Positions 12,717 to 26,680 of a stretch of DNA of 64,000 nt are shown here, piece by piece. The position numbers and the translations under genes were made by a program. Every line of letters starts with the position of its first letter. Position 1 is the stretch's first letter. The DNA is from Octopus sinensis (lineage: Eukaryota), in contig NC_043006.1 in NCBI RefSeq assembly GCF_006345805.1, forward strand, positions 91,760,001 to 91,824,000. Reading direction: 5' to 3'. The notes beneath the pieces were generated by a model. It saw only the letters and a program-made list of their open reading frames with translations, ran no database searches and was not told where the DNA came from.

Positions 12717-15700
12717 TAAGTATGGTAATAAATATACAAACAAGCCATGAGCAGAAACAGCATATAAAACCCCTTCAATAACAACAAAAACAGGTTTACT
12801 TAGTCAATGTAATTAGTATGAAACAAAGGAAAATATGGAAAATCTTATTTTTGACCTTAAAAAAAGAACGCTTGTCCGAAGCATCATTTGATCTATGTTA
12901 CTTTTCTTCCCCAGCATAAGTACGTTGCATTTGTACTTTTGTTATGTGGGTTTGTTGGGTTTTTCTGTGTTTTTCGTCGTGGTTTAATTGATGTTAACCA
13001 AAGGGAAACAGATTTGAAAATGCATTGGTGAGTTGTTAACTCCAGATCAGATCTGATTTAATAGAAGAATAATCAAATGTGTGCCCACTATGTCTATCCT
13101 ATGCCATTTCGACTATTATCCAAGATTTCTTTTTAAAGGCGACAGAATGCATTTTGAGGGACCTGGCTGTTATTTTTAGCATGTTATGGGACCCATACAC
13201 AATATATTACTGGATCTTATATATGAGAAATGGGCTGACAAGGAATCGGTAGAAGGACGATCACAATATATTGTACATATTGTAATATCCTTATTCAAGT
13301 TATAGACCGTGTGAGTGTGAGTTTTCTGAAAAGTGGAAGATATGAGTAACGTAAACATTTTCTCATTCTTAAAAAAATAGTGTCTGTGAGAAAAAACAAC
13401 AACAACAACAACTGAGAAATAGGTATTTAATTCGATTGCGATGGGAGGCGTCCTCATTATGAAAGCTGAATGATTATACAACGAATAGGAAATGTAGCAA
13501 AGTGTTGGGAAAATACATGATAAAAAAATAAGGAATAAACGAATGGAAGTGGGTGGTACAATATATCTTGTAAATTATATCCTTTTGTTAAATTTTCCTA
13601 CGTTGTCAGCATTGCAGAGTTTGTTAATTTAAAATTTTTTTAGCATATATATTTCATCTGTATGGTGGCTCATAGTATGAAACTTATTAAAAAAAAATGT
13701 AACGGCAACAGGAAGAAGTGATATAATTTGCTACAATTGCCTCTTAATAAAGTTGGAACAACTCTAATTAATTGATTTCTACACTTCAGTCAATAAGCTT
13801 TTCTACGAGCTCGTTAAATTAAAATAAATTTTCTCTACAGGAATAAGGTTCAGCTTTATTACCCGACCATATACAGCTTTGCTCAAAAACTTATTTTCTA
13901 AAATAGCCTTACAAAAATCACCTAATCATATCTATGTACACCCAACCGAACAGAAAATACAACAATTAATTGCCTGTTTGATTTTAAATGCCTTGAAAAA
14001 GAAACAATATATAAAAGAGAAGCAAAACTATCAATATAAACGGGAATATATACAGAACTTACTTAAAACCCGTTCAAAGCTTGATATAACCAACACACCT
14101 ACAGGTTCTGGAATATTTACGATAGTAAAGACAAACTTATTTTATTTGAAAAATAGATTGAATACAGTAAACAGGTGAATCACCAACAGACTAAGGACGT
14201 TCTATGTCTTTAGTGTAAAATGTCAAAAAATCATAAATACTTTATTCCTACAGTTTGGCGGGACCAATAACTACTCAACATATCAACTCCAACACATTCA
14301 ACTTAATAATTACATACAACCTCCTTAGAAAATTCCTGAATCGCACTATGCACGTATATGCTCAAGCACTCGTATGCTTGTACTCTTATAACTCCATCCT
14401 CACATACTGAATGGTTTAATGAAACAGGCAAGAAAAATTAGTCCTAACGTATGGCACAGACTGTGAAAGTAGCGTCAATGTATGAACACAGGTTCTCATA
14501 TAGACGTGCTCGTACGTTTAATGTTACATAACTCAAATACAATCCAGAAACTAGTCCTAAATATGTATAGTTACCCATCATTAGTTACTCATTCATTTTT
14601 ACATCGACCTCCTCCAACTTTTCTACATCACATTCACTGATTTTAGTCATGTTAATTGCACGCATATTTAAATATTTTAATTTTAATAAAATACTTAAAA
14701 TTCTTAATAACGTCAATCTTTTTTTCTTATCATTTAACCCTCGCATTTAAATATAATTATTAATTTGAATTTTGTAATACTATCACGATTTTTTTATAAC
14801 GGCATAACATTTCTTATCCTTTAAGTTTCATTTCATTATCCGCCATTCAGATGTAACAAATAAGATAATTTTTTTAAAGCAGAAAAAAATGACAGACTCT
14901 ACAAATGCTGACAATTTGGGAAAGTGAACACACCAACCATTGACAGGAAAACTATCAATGATGTTTGGTTCATAAAATTTATTGTATCAGCTCTTTCTTT
15001 CTTTTTTTGTACTTTTGTAGTCACTCAAATGTTTCTATTAAGAACTCCATCCAATTTTATGAAATAACACCCCTCCGTTGTCCTTTTTGATACAGAAACT
15101 TGTATATCACCTTAATGTAAAAGGGATCAAATACCGCAAGGCATTCTATTTAATACCAACGATTCAGTTAATATCGCTAAAGTTGTTGGGAAAAGATTGA
15201 ATAGCACAAACGCACAATAAATTTACGGTTTTTTTTTAGAGTTTCTAAAAATTACTGAGTGTGAAAGATGAAGTTGTGGAACATAAATTTTATCGAATAG
15301 CAACGTAGCCGTTATCATGCTACATTCACAGAGAGTGTATCTCTGACTACATAGCTAAATATATCATTTTTTAAAGTGACAAATTGTAATTTGAGAAAGT
15401 TGGCCTGTTTTTGTAACACATCGAAGCTTCCTTTTTACTCGTAAATTGTTGCTAGCCCCTTTCTGTCCTTCTAGAAGATTTGTGCGTGTGTGTGAGTGTG
15501 TGTGTGTATGTGTGTGTAAGTGTTTATAATTCTACCAGGCATATTTCTAACAGGTTTGTTAACATGAATGAAATGTGTCGACCACGAATCGAGCTTGTGT
15601 CGCCAACTAACTAATGCTTTTAAAGGGTGTACTTCTTTTTGCTATGGCCGATTTTTGAAAATTTGATGTGTCTGGAGAATAAGGCAGTGCCAATGTCCTT

Positions 15701-16663
15701 TGCAGACTTTGCTAACCCAGTGAGTTTGATGTCATTAATGTCTCCTTCGAACCATTATAAGTCAACACTTGCAGGAAAGATAAGAACAAAGAAGGACAAC
15801 ACTCTGGGCAGCAAGGATTGTGCATAGTGATTAGTGCGGGGCCTGCAGGGGTTGCAGACAAGTATGATGAGAGGATACTTGCAAATTAAAACTGAATGTT
15901 CGTGTTTTAATTTGCAAATGTTAGTTAAAGAAATAAGATGTGAGTTCTCGAGAAATGCAGTTCATTTCTTCTCACTTTTTTTACTAACCTTCCTTCTTCT
16001 TAAAGTCTCTTCGAAAAAATTTTTAATTCTTTTTACTGCATTGAAAAAGTAATTCATAGTTTTCTTTTTCTAAATGTACAGCGAGCTACGACCGTCTATT
16101 TTATTAATGGCAAGCAAAACCGTTTCAAGTGTCTGTTTTCTAACAGAATATATATCGCTGCACCGTTTCCCCAAGTGTTTCTCACTGTTGCTAAAAGTAG
16201 TACGTAATAAGTAAGCCACCCCCAAACTACAAACATTGAATGAGTTTAAATATAGAAACTCACAGATGCTAATAGTATTTTGGATACGAAAGTAAAATAA
16301 AAACAAAAATAATTTCATCAATTTGGGTTTGTACAAATTGCCCAGATGTTAAATAGATACAATTGTTGCCAAAAAGATTCCAGACTTTCGAGAGTCGTGA
16401 TAACATTATTAACTAAGTGAAGGCGTGCTGGGAAAGCTATTGGCAATCTCACAGGCTGCGGTTGGTGGAGGAAAAAAATGTTTATAGTATTAAAACAAAC
16501 TTGCTGCTTTTATATTTATATGTCACCTGTATATTTATATAAGACACGAAATAGTGTTTCTGAGCTTTATTTTAAACACACCCAATTACATTATCACACA
16601 CACACATATCTACATACGTGTAAAGATATAATTAGGTGTGTGTATGTGTATGCATTTATGTCG

Positions 16664-16694
<31 letters not shown>

Positions 16695-17632
16695 GGAAAG
16701 AGGGAGGGATGTGTATGTGTGTGTGTGTGTATGAGTGTATCTGTGTGTCAGAGTTTGTGTGTTTGTGTGCAAGCGGGCTATATTACAGGTACCAGGGAAT
16801 TTTGATTTTTCCGTTTGACAGGTGTTTCAGCATAAAACTCCACCACCTTTGCGTTGCTCCTGTTATAATAATCTCAGATACTAACAAAATTATACATATT
16901 TTGCTCTACGTTTAGGCTCCTCTTGCAGTTGTAAAGCTAAACCCAATTGCACACACACACGCACACACACACACACACGCACACGCGCGCACACACACAC
17001 ACACGCACACACACACACACACACATACACACACATACACATATATTTCTTCGGTTATATAACACTCTAGATACTCGCGAACAGTCGCACGCACAAATAT
17101 AGTCATCCATCACTTTTAAACCCACCACCCCTTTATTTTTCTCTAAATGCCTTCCAAAATCACGCCCATATATATTTCTAAACGTTGACACACACACACA
17201 TTAAGGCACACGCTTCCAAACACACACGTGTAACTATTTATTTGCATTAAGCACGTACATACCTAGACATGTGACAACTACATTTCTACTCCATTTTCTG
17301 TATCAGGGAATATAATGTGCGTTTGTAAAATGTCAGAGAAACTCGTGACTTTTTTTTATTGCTTTTAATGGTATGTAGTACAAATATAAACACGAGCAAA
17401 TAAAAGCCTTGTACATGATTTATTTATAGGAATACATATGAAACTGTAGGGCACAGAATAGAACGTGATATTTGTTAGCATATATTTGCATATCAAAATA
17501 AAATCTGTGATGATATCAGTTAAAAAGCTTGGCAAAAAATGCAATAAAATCAACGAGTATGTAATATCATCTTTGGAACCGTACATTGGAACGAACCGAT
17601 ATCATAAAATTGCTATTCTCTCACTATTATTA

Positions 17633-17669
<37 letters not shown>

Positions 17670-17709
17670 TATTATTATTATTATTATTATCATCATCATC
17701 ATCATCATC

Positions 17710-17757
<48 letters not shown>

Positions 17758-18404
17758 GACTTATTCTTTCCAAGCTGTGTAAGTTCGACGAACTTCCTAT
17801 AAATAAATATGTTTGACGTGAAAACAAATATTTGATTTTCAGATAATAATAATAACAAATAATAATAATATTGCGATAGGCCTTTATCCGTTAAAATATA
17901 TTGTTTTGTTTTGATTAGGCACACAAATCCTATATTTTAAAAGCAGCGATATAGGATGTGAGAGAATGGTAAGGAGAGAATGGAGAGACTGAACCACTAA
18001 AGTGGCTTCAATTTATCGGATTACTTCTTGATCCACAACGTCGCGTTTTATTCTTTAGCTTTTGTGATAAGAAACATAAGAGAAGAACAAAGTAAGCGAG
18101 TGGAGCTGGTATAAATAAAGGACAGGCGAGATAATGTAGTTTACTTGCTCTTATATTTCTCATTTGTGACTTCATAATTCTTTTTGTTTTTACGACACCC
18201 TTCGAAACAGTAGAATATAAAATTTGTACAAATAATCTGAAGAGTCAGTGATATAGGATTTCGTGGTACCGTCTGGAGTTGCTGTCCTCCCTCCGGTGCT
18301 GACTGGATCTGGACATTTAGCTGTATATAGCCAACCGAGAGCAAAAAGTAAAATGATGACTCTAGCAGACATATGTCGACACGGTTGGGCTATTAACTCC
18401 CCCG

Positions 18405-18535
18405 CCTCAAATTTGATGGGTTTGTCCCAAACCTTTCATCCTTTCAGAGCTGATAAAATAAGTACCTGTTGATCGACGAAATCGTCTAGTCCCCTTCTCC
18501 AAAATTTCAGACCTTGTGCCTTTAGTAGAAAAGAC

Positions 18536-18537
<2 letters not shown>
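18405..18537 (+). mobile_element. SINE family 2, 3' part, ending in an (ATT)n tail
   Basis: cctttcatcctttcagagctgataaaataagtacc...ccttgtgcc...followed by (TAT)n. Confidence 0.65.
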
Positions 18538-18581
<44 letters not shown>

Positions 18582-18600
18582 TATTATTATTATTATTATT

Positions 18601-19156
18601 ATTGAGTAAGAGAATTGCACATGCCATCAATGTGACACTGGGGTACAAATATACAAAGCCCAATATATCAATCATAACTATTGATAAGGGTACACCAGGC
18701 ACATGCATCACAACCATATCTGCGCGGCATGGTAGCCTTATATCAAAATAAACAGCGCATGAACTTGCAGGTGGAGCCCAGTTAGAATTTTCTTCAGGTT
18801 GAGTAGCCCACCTCCCTCAAAAGGTCCCTGAATAAGGTTTGTTTAAGGATGATGAACAAATCACCCATGTTTCCATAGGAGAATTATCCAAACCCCAAAT
18901 AATCCCTCTCAACACATGGCTATGATGCTCCCTCACTACTTCTGTTCGTGATCAAAGATGCACATATCATCAGCCACCAAGGGACATGGTCAACTGGTTA
19001 AGGTCAAAGAACTTGCAAGCAAATCTGTGGTATTGAGCAGAATATTTGCTGTAGTCCATCTTTTATACCAAGACAAAACAATGTACATGATAACACTTCC
19101 AATCAGTTAAGATCAGAAGTTTTGAGACCCACTGCCTGGCACTGAATCAGGGCATT
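18601..19156 (-). mobile_element. 556-bp interspersed element embedded in (AAT)n, complete copy
   Basis: Homologous to 43515-43995, 44071-44238 and 63642-63825. (ATT)n on both sides. Confidence 0.8.
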
Positions 19157-19176
19157 ATTATTATTATTATTATTAC

Positions 19177-19251
<75 letters not shown>

Positions 19252-20354
19252 CTACTACTATTATTATTATCATTATTATTATCATTATTGTTGTTTTTGT
19301 TGTTCTTGTTCTTGTTAGTGTCCTAGTATGCATAGTACGATATGATAACTACTTCCCAAGTATGCTTAGCACCTTGTAAACACTTGATCTCTCCATTGAT
19401 GATATTTATTCCTGATTATTATGTTACATTTTTTTTTATTTGATGTCTAGTAATTGCTAGATACATTTTACAACAGTTATTCCGACTGAAATTTCCTGGT
19501 AGATTTAAAGAACAAATTGGTAAATGAAGCCACCAAAATGTTGAGAGTTGAACACAAGTTCATTACAAACTGTGTTTGGTTTTGGTGTGGGGGTTGGTGA
19601 CATAACCTTGCAACACTTTTGATACATGCAATGATCAAGAATAATGAGAAGAACTCTAACGTTTGCCATATTCACATCGATTTTATTGCTTTGTTTCAAC
19701 AATTTTCTTCTTTTGCAGTCCTACGCTTTCGTTATTTTTCCCTAGAGCGATTAGTTATTGACTTGCCAAGCTTTGTGTCACGAACAGAAGCAAATTAGTC
19801 CGATAATTCATTTGTCAAAAGAATTTTGGCGGTTGCTATTGTTTTACTTGAAAACATCAAAATGAATCTCCGAAGAGTTTGAATTCTGCATTCTCTGAGC
19901 CGCCATGTGAGAACCGTTCGAAATACTAATCTCTAAACGTTAACCAAACTTATTGTAAAAAATTAACTTTCTCTCTTCTGTTTTCACATAATTGGTCATG
20001 AGGCTAGAATTGCTTCATATTTTCTCAATTCATCTGAAAATAACCGCCGAATATCTGTTTTCATTTTTTCGAAATTCACTACTTTAGATATTTCTTTTTC
20101 TTTTATTCTGATGGTGCAAAAATGTACGCGTGTGAGTGTGTATGCATGCTTATATATTGTTTATAAATATATATGTGTGTGTGTGTGTTTATATATACAT
20201 GTTAATATGTATTTATTTATGTGCATATATGTGTATGAATATATGTCTCTATAGTTATACGTAGATGTATGTGTGTATAAAATATATATACATACTCATG
20301 TGGTTATATATACACACATATATATATATATATATAGTGAGAATTAACAAAAAA

Positions 20355-20490
20355 CAAAGACAAAGACGGGTGTGTAGACAACAAACAGATGTATTAGTTT
20401 AACGCTCGGGAAGTGAGAAAATCTTTTACATTTCGAGCCATCGCTCTTCGACAGAAAGAAAATAGAAATAAACAGGGAGGGAAAACAGAA
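20355..20490 (-). mobile_element. PLE-type tail fragment with variant HHR at 20422-20459
   Basis: Minus strand reads TCTTT-CTGTCGA-A-GAGC-GATG-GCTC-GAAATGT-A-AAAGA. Homologous to 4660-4837. Confidence 0.6.
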
Positions 20491-22335
20491 AAGGTTTGTT
20501 GGCAAGCGATCTATCATGTCGAATGCCGTACAGAGAGGTCACACAGGAAAGCTAGGAAGAAGGGGAGATAATACAGTAGTGGTGATCCCAAAACAAAGGT
20601 GCTCGTGCGTGTGTATGTGAGAGGGTGTATAGTGTATGTGTGTGTGTATAGCCTTCAACTGAATACCAACGCAGGAAGTTTGCTTGAATTAGTTCACTTT
20701 GAAAACGTCATAAGTGATGGACCCTTGATGAAACTGTAACGACTAGGATACATAACTGCATACGGAGTAGTGTGTAGTTGCTACAATTGAAACATATATC
20801 GGTCATTGTTATACATGCTGTAATAAACTTCTTTTAATAAAATGTTTTCAATGTGAATAAATCTCTACTCTCCACTTCCTTTTCAATTATATATGTGTGC
20901 GTATATATATATATATGTGTGTGTGTGTGTATGTATGTATATATGTATATTTAATTATGAGCATTTAATATGCCTGATAACTCTAACCTTATATCATATA
21001 ATATCTGACAACCTATCACTTCAATTTAAATAGTTTCATCTCCAATATTATGTTACTTCCATTTACAATGAAAATCCTATATTTTTCTGAGATCTGTTGA
21101 ATTCCGGAATTCAAAAGACTAATTCATCAAATATCTGTATAAGCGTCACTTTATGCTTAAAGTAAGTGTAGTCTCTGCTCCCGTTGCTCTTGAAGTGGTG
21201 TTTGACAATTGTTATTACTGACTAATTGAAAGTAGTCCCGAATCAAATGGAATTATGCTATCACACTGCGTTATGTGTTGGCCTGTAGTGCAGAGTTTAA
21301 TGTTTCATTTCCAACCTGCAAACGCACTTGAATTGACACGATTTCAGTTCACATCCACATCAGTATTAACTGACTGTTTTCATTTTATCTTTCTTTCTGA
21401 TTCCAGTTTGCAAGCAAATTTCATATGAATTAATTTACTTGCACCCCGTATTCTTGATGCTTTCAAAGTATGCAAGTATTTCTATACATATAACACGCTA
21501 CGATCAAATACCAATGAGTCCTAAATTTTTTAAAAGTTCCCTGATCGTCCCAGAGTCTAGAAGAGGAAATAACTACTGTTTTCTTCTAACAATTCCAAAA
21601 GTCTTTACAAACGTTGATAGTTGTTTTGAGAGCATTTATCTCTAGAATTCCCCAGAATTTAAAAAGCGTTGTTTAAGCAGTGTTAGAATACGAAATTCTT
21701 CTTTCTATATCATATTCATGTATATTAGAATTTCAAATATTTTTCTCCTTCAGTAACGATGCTTAAGATTTATTTGAAGTTTCAAGCATTTTAGGATTGT
21801 GTTGTTGTTACATCTATTGCTTACCTCATAAATTGTTATTCAATATTTTCTAAAATGTAAATTTTTCTTAACTAATTCTATGTAACTTTCGCTTTTTATC
21901 TTCAATTCTATTGTTGGTGTAGTTTTTGCATACAAAATATCCAAATACTAAATTCGAGTTAGCATTGCACCAAAATATGTTTACGTCGCAAATTTTTAAT
22001 AATCAAAGAAGCCTGTTATAAACTATCAAATATTCCTAGCTGAAGCAGGTTTGGAAAGATAATAAATTCCTCAAAGACTGAAAAACGCTAAACTTTGAGG
22101 GATACAGTGATTAAATGTATCAAATAGTTTTAGGGATGTGAAAAATGTTTTTAAAACCCATTTTGTGAACAGATAAATATTTTTCAATAACTGTTGATAT
22201 GGAAACAGTCCGTTGCACGAATCATTTCAATTCTGTATTTGTTTTACTTTCTCAATGAACATCTTTTGGTACAAGGTCCTTTTACACCAAGTTTGAAGAC
22301 AATTTTTTGCTTGCGATTGCGCATTTAGGTCCAAC

Positions 22336-22530
22336 CTACCTTCTTGTCTCTTTCATTTCATCCATAACTACATGGGACTTGTCAGATATCACCCGCTGGA
22401 GAGCTCTTAATTCAAACGCTTGAATTCTTAGTCTGGCAGCAGAAAATCTCCATTCTGAGCTGACCAATATAGGATTCATTAACGTATGACATTGTGTTAC
22501 ATATTTCATTTGAAATGAACACGAAATTTT
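22336..22530 (-). pseudogene. Remnant of the C-terminal region of a LINE (RTE-like) reverse transcriptase
   Basis: TLMNPILVSSEWRFSAARLRIQAFELRALQRVI resembles the PILLYG.E.W...RIQAFEM..LRRI region of RTE-type RTs. Confidence 0.55.
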
Positions 22531-23812
22531 GATAAGGTTCCGCGGCCATCTACAAGGAAATGTTTTTAAAAAGAGTTCTAGAAAAGGTGTACACAAAGGT
22601 AAAACCGAAGATAAAGCTTACCTTGTACGTTTGAATCGAGACAGAAAGTTTGATGTGGTGACGTATCAGTTCTTGACATATTTTAGGAAAATAGCTTCAA
22701 ATAAGAATTAACTCTGATGACCTCTATAACCCATGCCAGCATGGAAAGCGGACGTAAAATGATGATGTTGATGAACAAAAGTGGGGTTTATCAATGTATA
22801 TTCTGTTGACAAAAGTAAGCGTTTTTTAAATAGATATTCCCGTTTAGCACTAAATAGAACTTATGAGAATGAGGTTGGTGCATAAACCGTGTGTTTCCGT
22901 CTGCAATTTATTAACCTTATTTAATTGTTTGGAGTCACATACATTTAAAGACTTTTGCTTAAAAGCTAATAAAAATCGACATTAAAAACCGTTGGGTGTG
23001 TAAGAGATATCGAATGCGTTAGATCGCAAAAGCATTTTTATAACGATGTAAAAAACACATCATGACACATATTATCTTCGCTCAATATGATTTGTAAGTT
23101 AGTTATTATATCTAGAAGGTCAAGTAGATAGACCGAAAATTAGCATATTGCTCGCGTTTTAGTTTCAGTTTTAATAAAGAGAACTTACGATCAAAGATAT
23201 TACTCCTTTTTATATCATTCAATGTGAACTTTCCGCATTTAAGGCCGAAGGACGTAATCTTAGGAAGATTCCAGTTTTAGTTGTACAAATTATCCAAGAT
23301 TATAAATGTTCTTTATTCTTTTCTGAAACACTTGAATGGATGGCATCAATGTGGTACTGTTGCTCTGCTGATGATAATTATTGAGGTAGAAGCATATACT
23401 CTTTCGGGCATTTAACTACGTATTGGGTACCTAATCAGCTTAATACCGAGCATAAGTGAACATCTATTCGTTGTTGAAATAGTTTCTGATTATTGAAATA
23501 AAAGCCCAAATTTTGTGATTCGTTTGTTGGGGATATTTATTTTGTAGAGATATGATATGGCTAGCAAAATTTTATTAACGACAGTAATGCAAAAATTTAA
23601 AGTAAAAAGTATTGAAAAAATGCATGAAGTGGAAGCATTTGCATTATTCCAGTCTGGTGAATTACCAATTAATATTACATACACCTATTTCCCTGTATAA
23701 CCAGGTAAATTCTAACACGATGAAGAACAAGATTCTTCTGCAATTGGAGATAAATACTAATGTACTCCTGTGTGTATTTGTCTGTCATGTTGGTACAAGT
23801 AATGCATGTAAA

Positions 23813-24016
23813 CTCCGACGTATTTATGTAACTGTTAAATTAGATGTGGGAATAAAACTGTCTCGAAATGAGAGCAATTAACATTACTATTAAAACAAGT
23901 CTGATTTAGTTGTGTTGTAGGAGCAATAATATTGAAGTTATTTTAACTGATGCAATTCCAGCAAAACGAAATTTCAGGTGCCGTTATTGCGAAGAAAAAT
24001 GAGAGCCGCTACGTGG
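23813..24016 (+). repeat. 204-bp segment duplicated at 29144-29347
   Basis: Direct alignment shows only a few differences. Confidence 0.9.
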
Positions 24017-24524
24017 TTAATCGATTAACTAGAAATAGCAGCTGAATATTAGCATGCTCACCTAAGACTACAATAGACAACGTAATATGAGATATACACG
24101 TTGTCTGAATAAAAAACAGGATGGTTGCGACTGGAACGCTTTCGATGAGTGTACTAAATCAGTATTGACCTGGGGTTAAACATCAGCAACTACACCGACT
24201 GACAACTAATACAGACAACGTTATATTTGTGATCAATCATTCATTATTCACCCATCCCGTTGTAGGAATTCAATTTCCACAGAAGCATCATTAAAAGAGC
24301 ACAACTCTAGCCAAAATGACCAGTGTCTACACCAGTTTTTTTTCCGATATTGAGATAAGGGTGTGAGATATTGAGATAAGGCCTGGTGAAATGGCTTACT
24401 ATCGACATCTTGGCTGAACGCTGTTTATTAATTTATCTTCGGAGATTAAATACATCTCAAGTGAAGCCTGCTGAAGGAAATCCTCTCACAGCAGATAACT
24501 ACTGCTGGTGGTGGTGGCGGTGGT

Positions 24525-24525
24525 G

Positions 24526-24581
<56 letters not shown>

Positions 24582-24606
24582 GCTACTACTACTACTACTA
24601 CTACTG

Positions 24607-24677
<71 letters not shown>
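24525..24677. repeat. (TAC)n microsatellite
   Basis: Visible trinucleotide run. Confidence 0.95.
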
Positions 24678-25730
24678 GCCGTTCATTTCGACATCTAAAC
24701 GCTGGTGCGTTATCATGCAATTATAAATCATGCCAAGTTACGAATCAAAGTCAATACCATATATTTCGCCATTTATTTTCCTTTACTGGATAAATTTGGG
24801 ACTCTTCCTTTTTTTGGTTCTTTTTATTTAATTCAGGCGTCATTCTACAGAACAGGAAGCATTATAAAGCCATCATATTGGCTCAAACTTAAACAGCAGC
24901 TGCAATCGCAAAATTGTACATTTGACAAATATTCTGAAAATAATTGAAGGTGTTTCTCCGAAAACAGCATGCGAAATTTAGCTGCAAAATATAAGATAGT
25001 GAAGTATTAACCATTTTTCAAACTAACAGTAAAATGGGGAAACGAAATTCTTTATTCTTATTGTGGATTGGTGCTATGAGATGTATATATAAAGAATATT
25101 TTCTGATTACTAGAAAGAATCCTTTGAACAGAATACAATAGAAAATGAAAGTATATGAAAGCAGTTATAAGTTAATGTAGCCAGAACATGTAACGAGTGC
25201 GAGAAATCTAGAATGTTGGCAACAATTTCAGGGCTGGATGTTATAGTAAATATCGTATTATCTAGCTTGATTATTTTTGTTAATGGAGCATGGAGATTGA
25301 TAACTTGCTTTTGGTATGTAATCTCTTGTGAATTGTAATGATATATTTATGAATGGAATTTAGATTATCTTCAAGATTAAAATAATAATAAATAAATGAA
25401 TATTAACCCCAATTCAGCAAACAATCCTTGTTCATATGGCGTTGGATAATTGATCTTTCAAGCAGTCGACAGTTCTTATTCTCTCATAAGTGATGTGAAT
25501 ATTCCAGAACCAAGACATCTTTTTCTCAATGAGACAAACATTGGTTCGCCTTGCATACATTCAAGTTTTGCAGCTTTAGGCGATCTATTGTAGATGTCGC
25601 TGTTGCAGTTGTTGCTATTTGGTCCGAGCCAGAGTTCATCGTTCAAGAATAATCAAACGTGTTACAGCCGTGAATATATCTACGATTGAGCACTATCTCT
25701 TTCTTTTTTTAGGAACGAGTTACTCAAAAT

Positions 25731-25874
25731 ACTTGCTTACCAACCACATGGTTCCGGGTTCAGTTCCACCGCGTGGCACCTTGGGCAAGTATCTTCTACT
25801 ATAGCCTCGGGCCGACCAAAGCCTTGTGAGTGGATTTGGTAGACGGAAATTGAAAGAAGCCCGTCGTATATGTG

Positions 25875-25911
<37 letters not shown>

Positions 25912-26128
25912 ATGTGTGTATATGTTTGTGTGTCTGTGATTGTCCCCCCCAACATCACTTGACAACCGATGCTGGTGTGTTTACGTCCCCGTAAATCAGC
26001 GGTTCGGCAAAATACACCGATAGAATAAGTACTAGGCTTACAAAGAATAAGTCCTAGGGTCGATTTCTTCGACTAAAGGCGGTGCTCCAGCATGGCCGCA
26101 GTCAAATGACTGAAACAAGTAAAAGATA
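25731..26128 (+). mobile_element. tRNA-derived SINE family 1, near full length
   Basis: B-box-like GGTTCAGTTCC, a conserved body, an internal (TA)/(TG) tract and a 3' end GACTGAAACAAGTAAAAGA. Many copies in the window. Confidence 0.85.
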
Positions 26129-26564
26129 GAGGGAGAGAGTAAAGAGAGAGTATGTCACATGTTACTACGTCGTTCACGATTCCGAGTAACAGTTGTCGTT
26201 TAGTAACTTTAATAATCTGCTATGTAAGCACGCAGTGATTGAATCAGTTTTATCAATTAGACCAATGAAGTAGCTTTATGCCGGATTTGACGGATTAAAT
26301 ATGATTTTCCCTGCATTAGAAAAGCACTGTAAGTTGAAAAACTGTTATATTATTGTTTATTTTCAAAGCATCATGCATTGCAGCCCGTTCCCTTCGTCTG
26401 CCTTCGAGTGGGGTTCGTTACAATTTCGGTACTTGACAACTGTATCACTCCCTCCACCGCTACAACGTGTTATTGATATCTGCATTCTTTAGTTTACTCC
26501 ATGTGGGAATATAAACCACACCCTGCGCGCACAAGCGAAACCGTGGTAACGTAATCATTCGTCT

Positions 26565-26680
26565 TATTCTGTTTGTCTGTGTGTCTGCAAAATTACTGCA
26601 AAACAGCCGAACGGATTTTCACCAAATTTGGCAGAAATACTCATTGCGTGAGTGGTTCGAAATGATGGAAATTTGGTTTG
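26565..26680. mobile_element. Fragment resembling a Helentron-associated or MITE-like element
   Basis: ctgtttgtctgt...cagccgaacggattttcaccaaatttggc resembles a motif I recall from DINE/HINE-like elements. No termini established. Confidence 0.35.
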
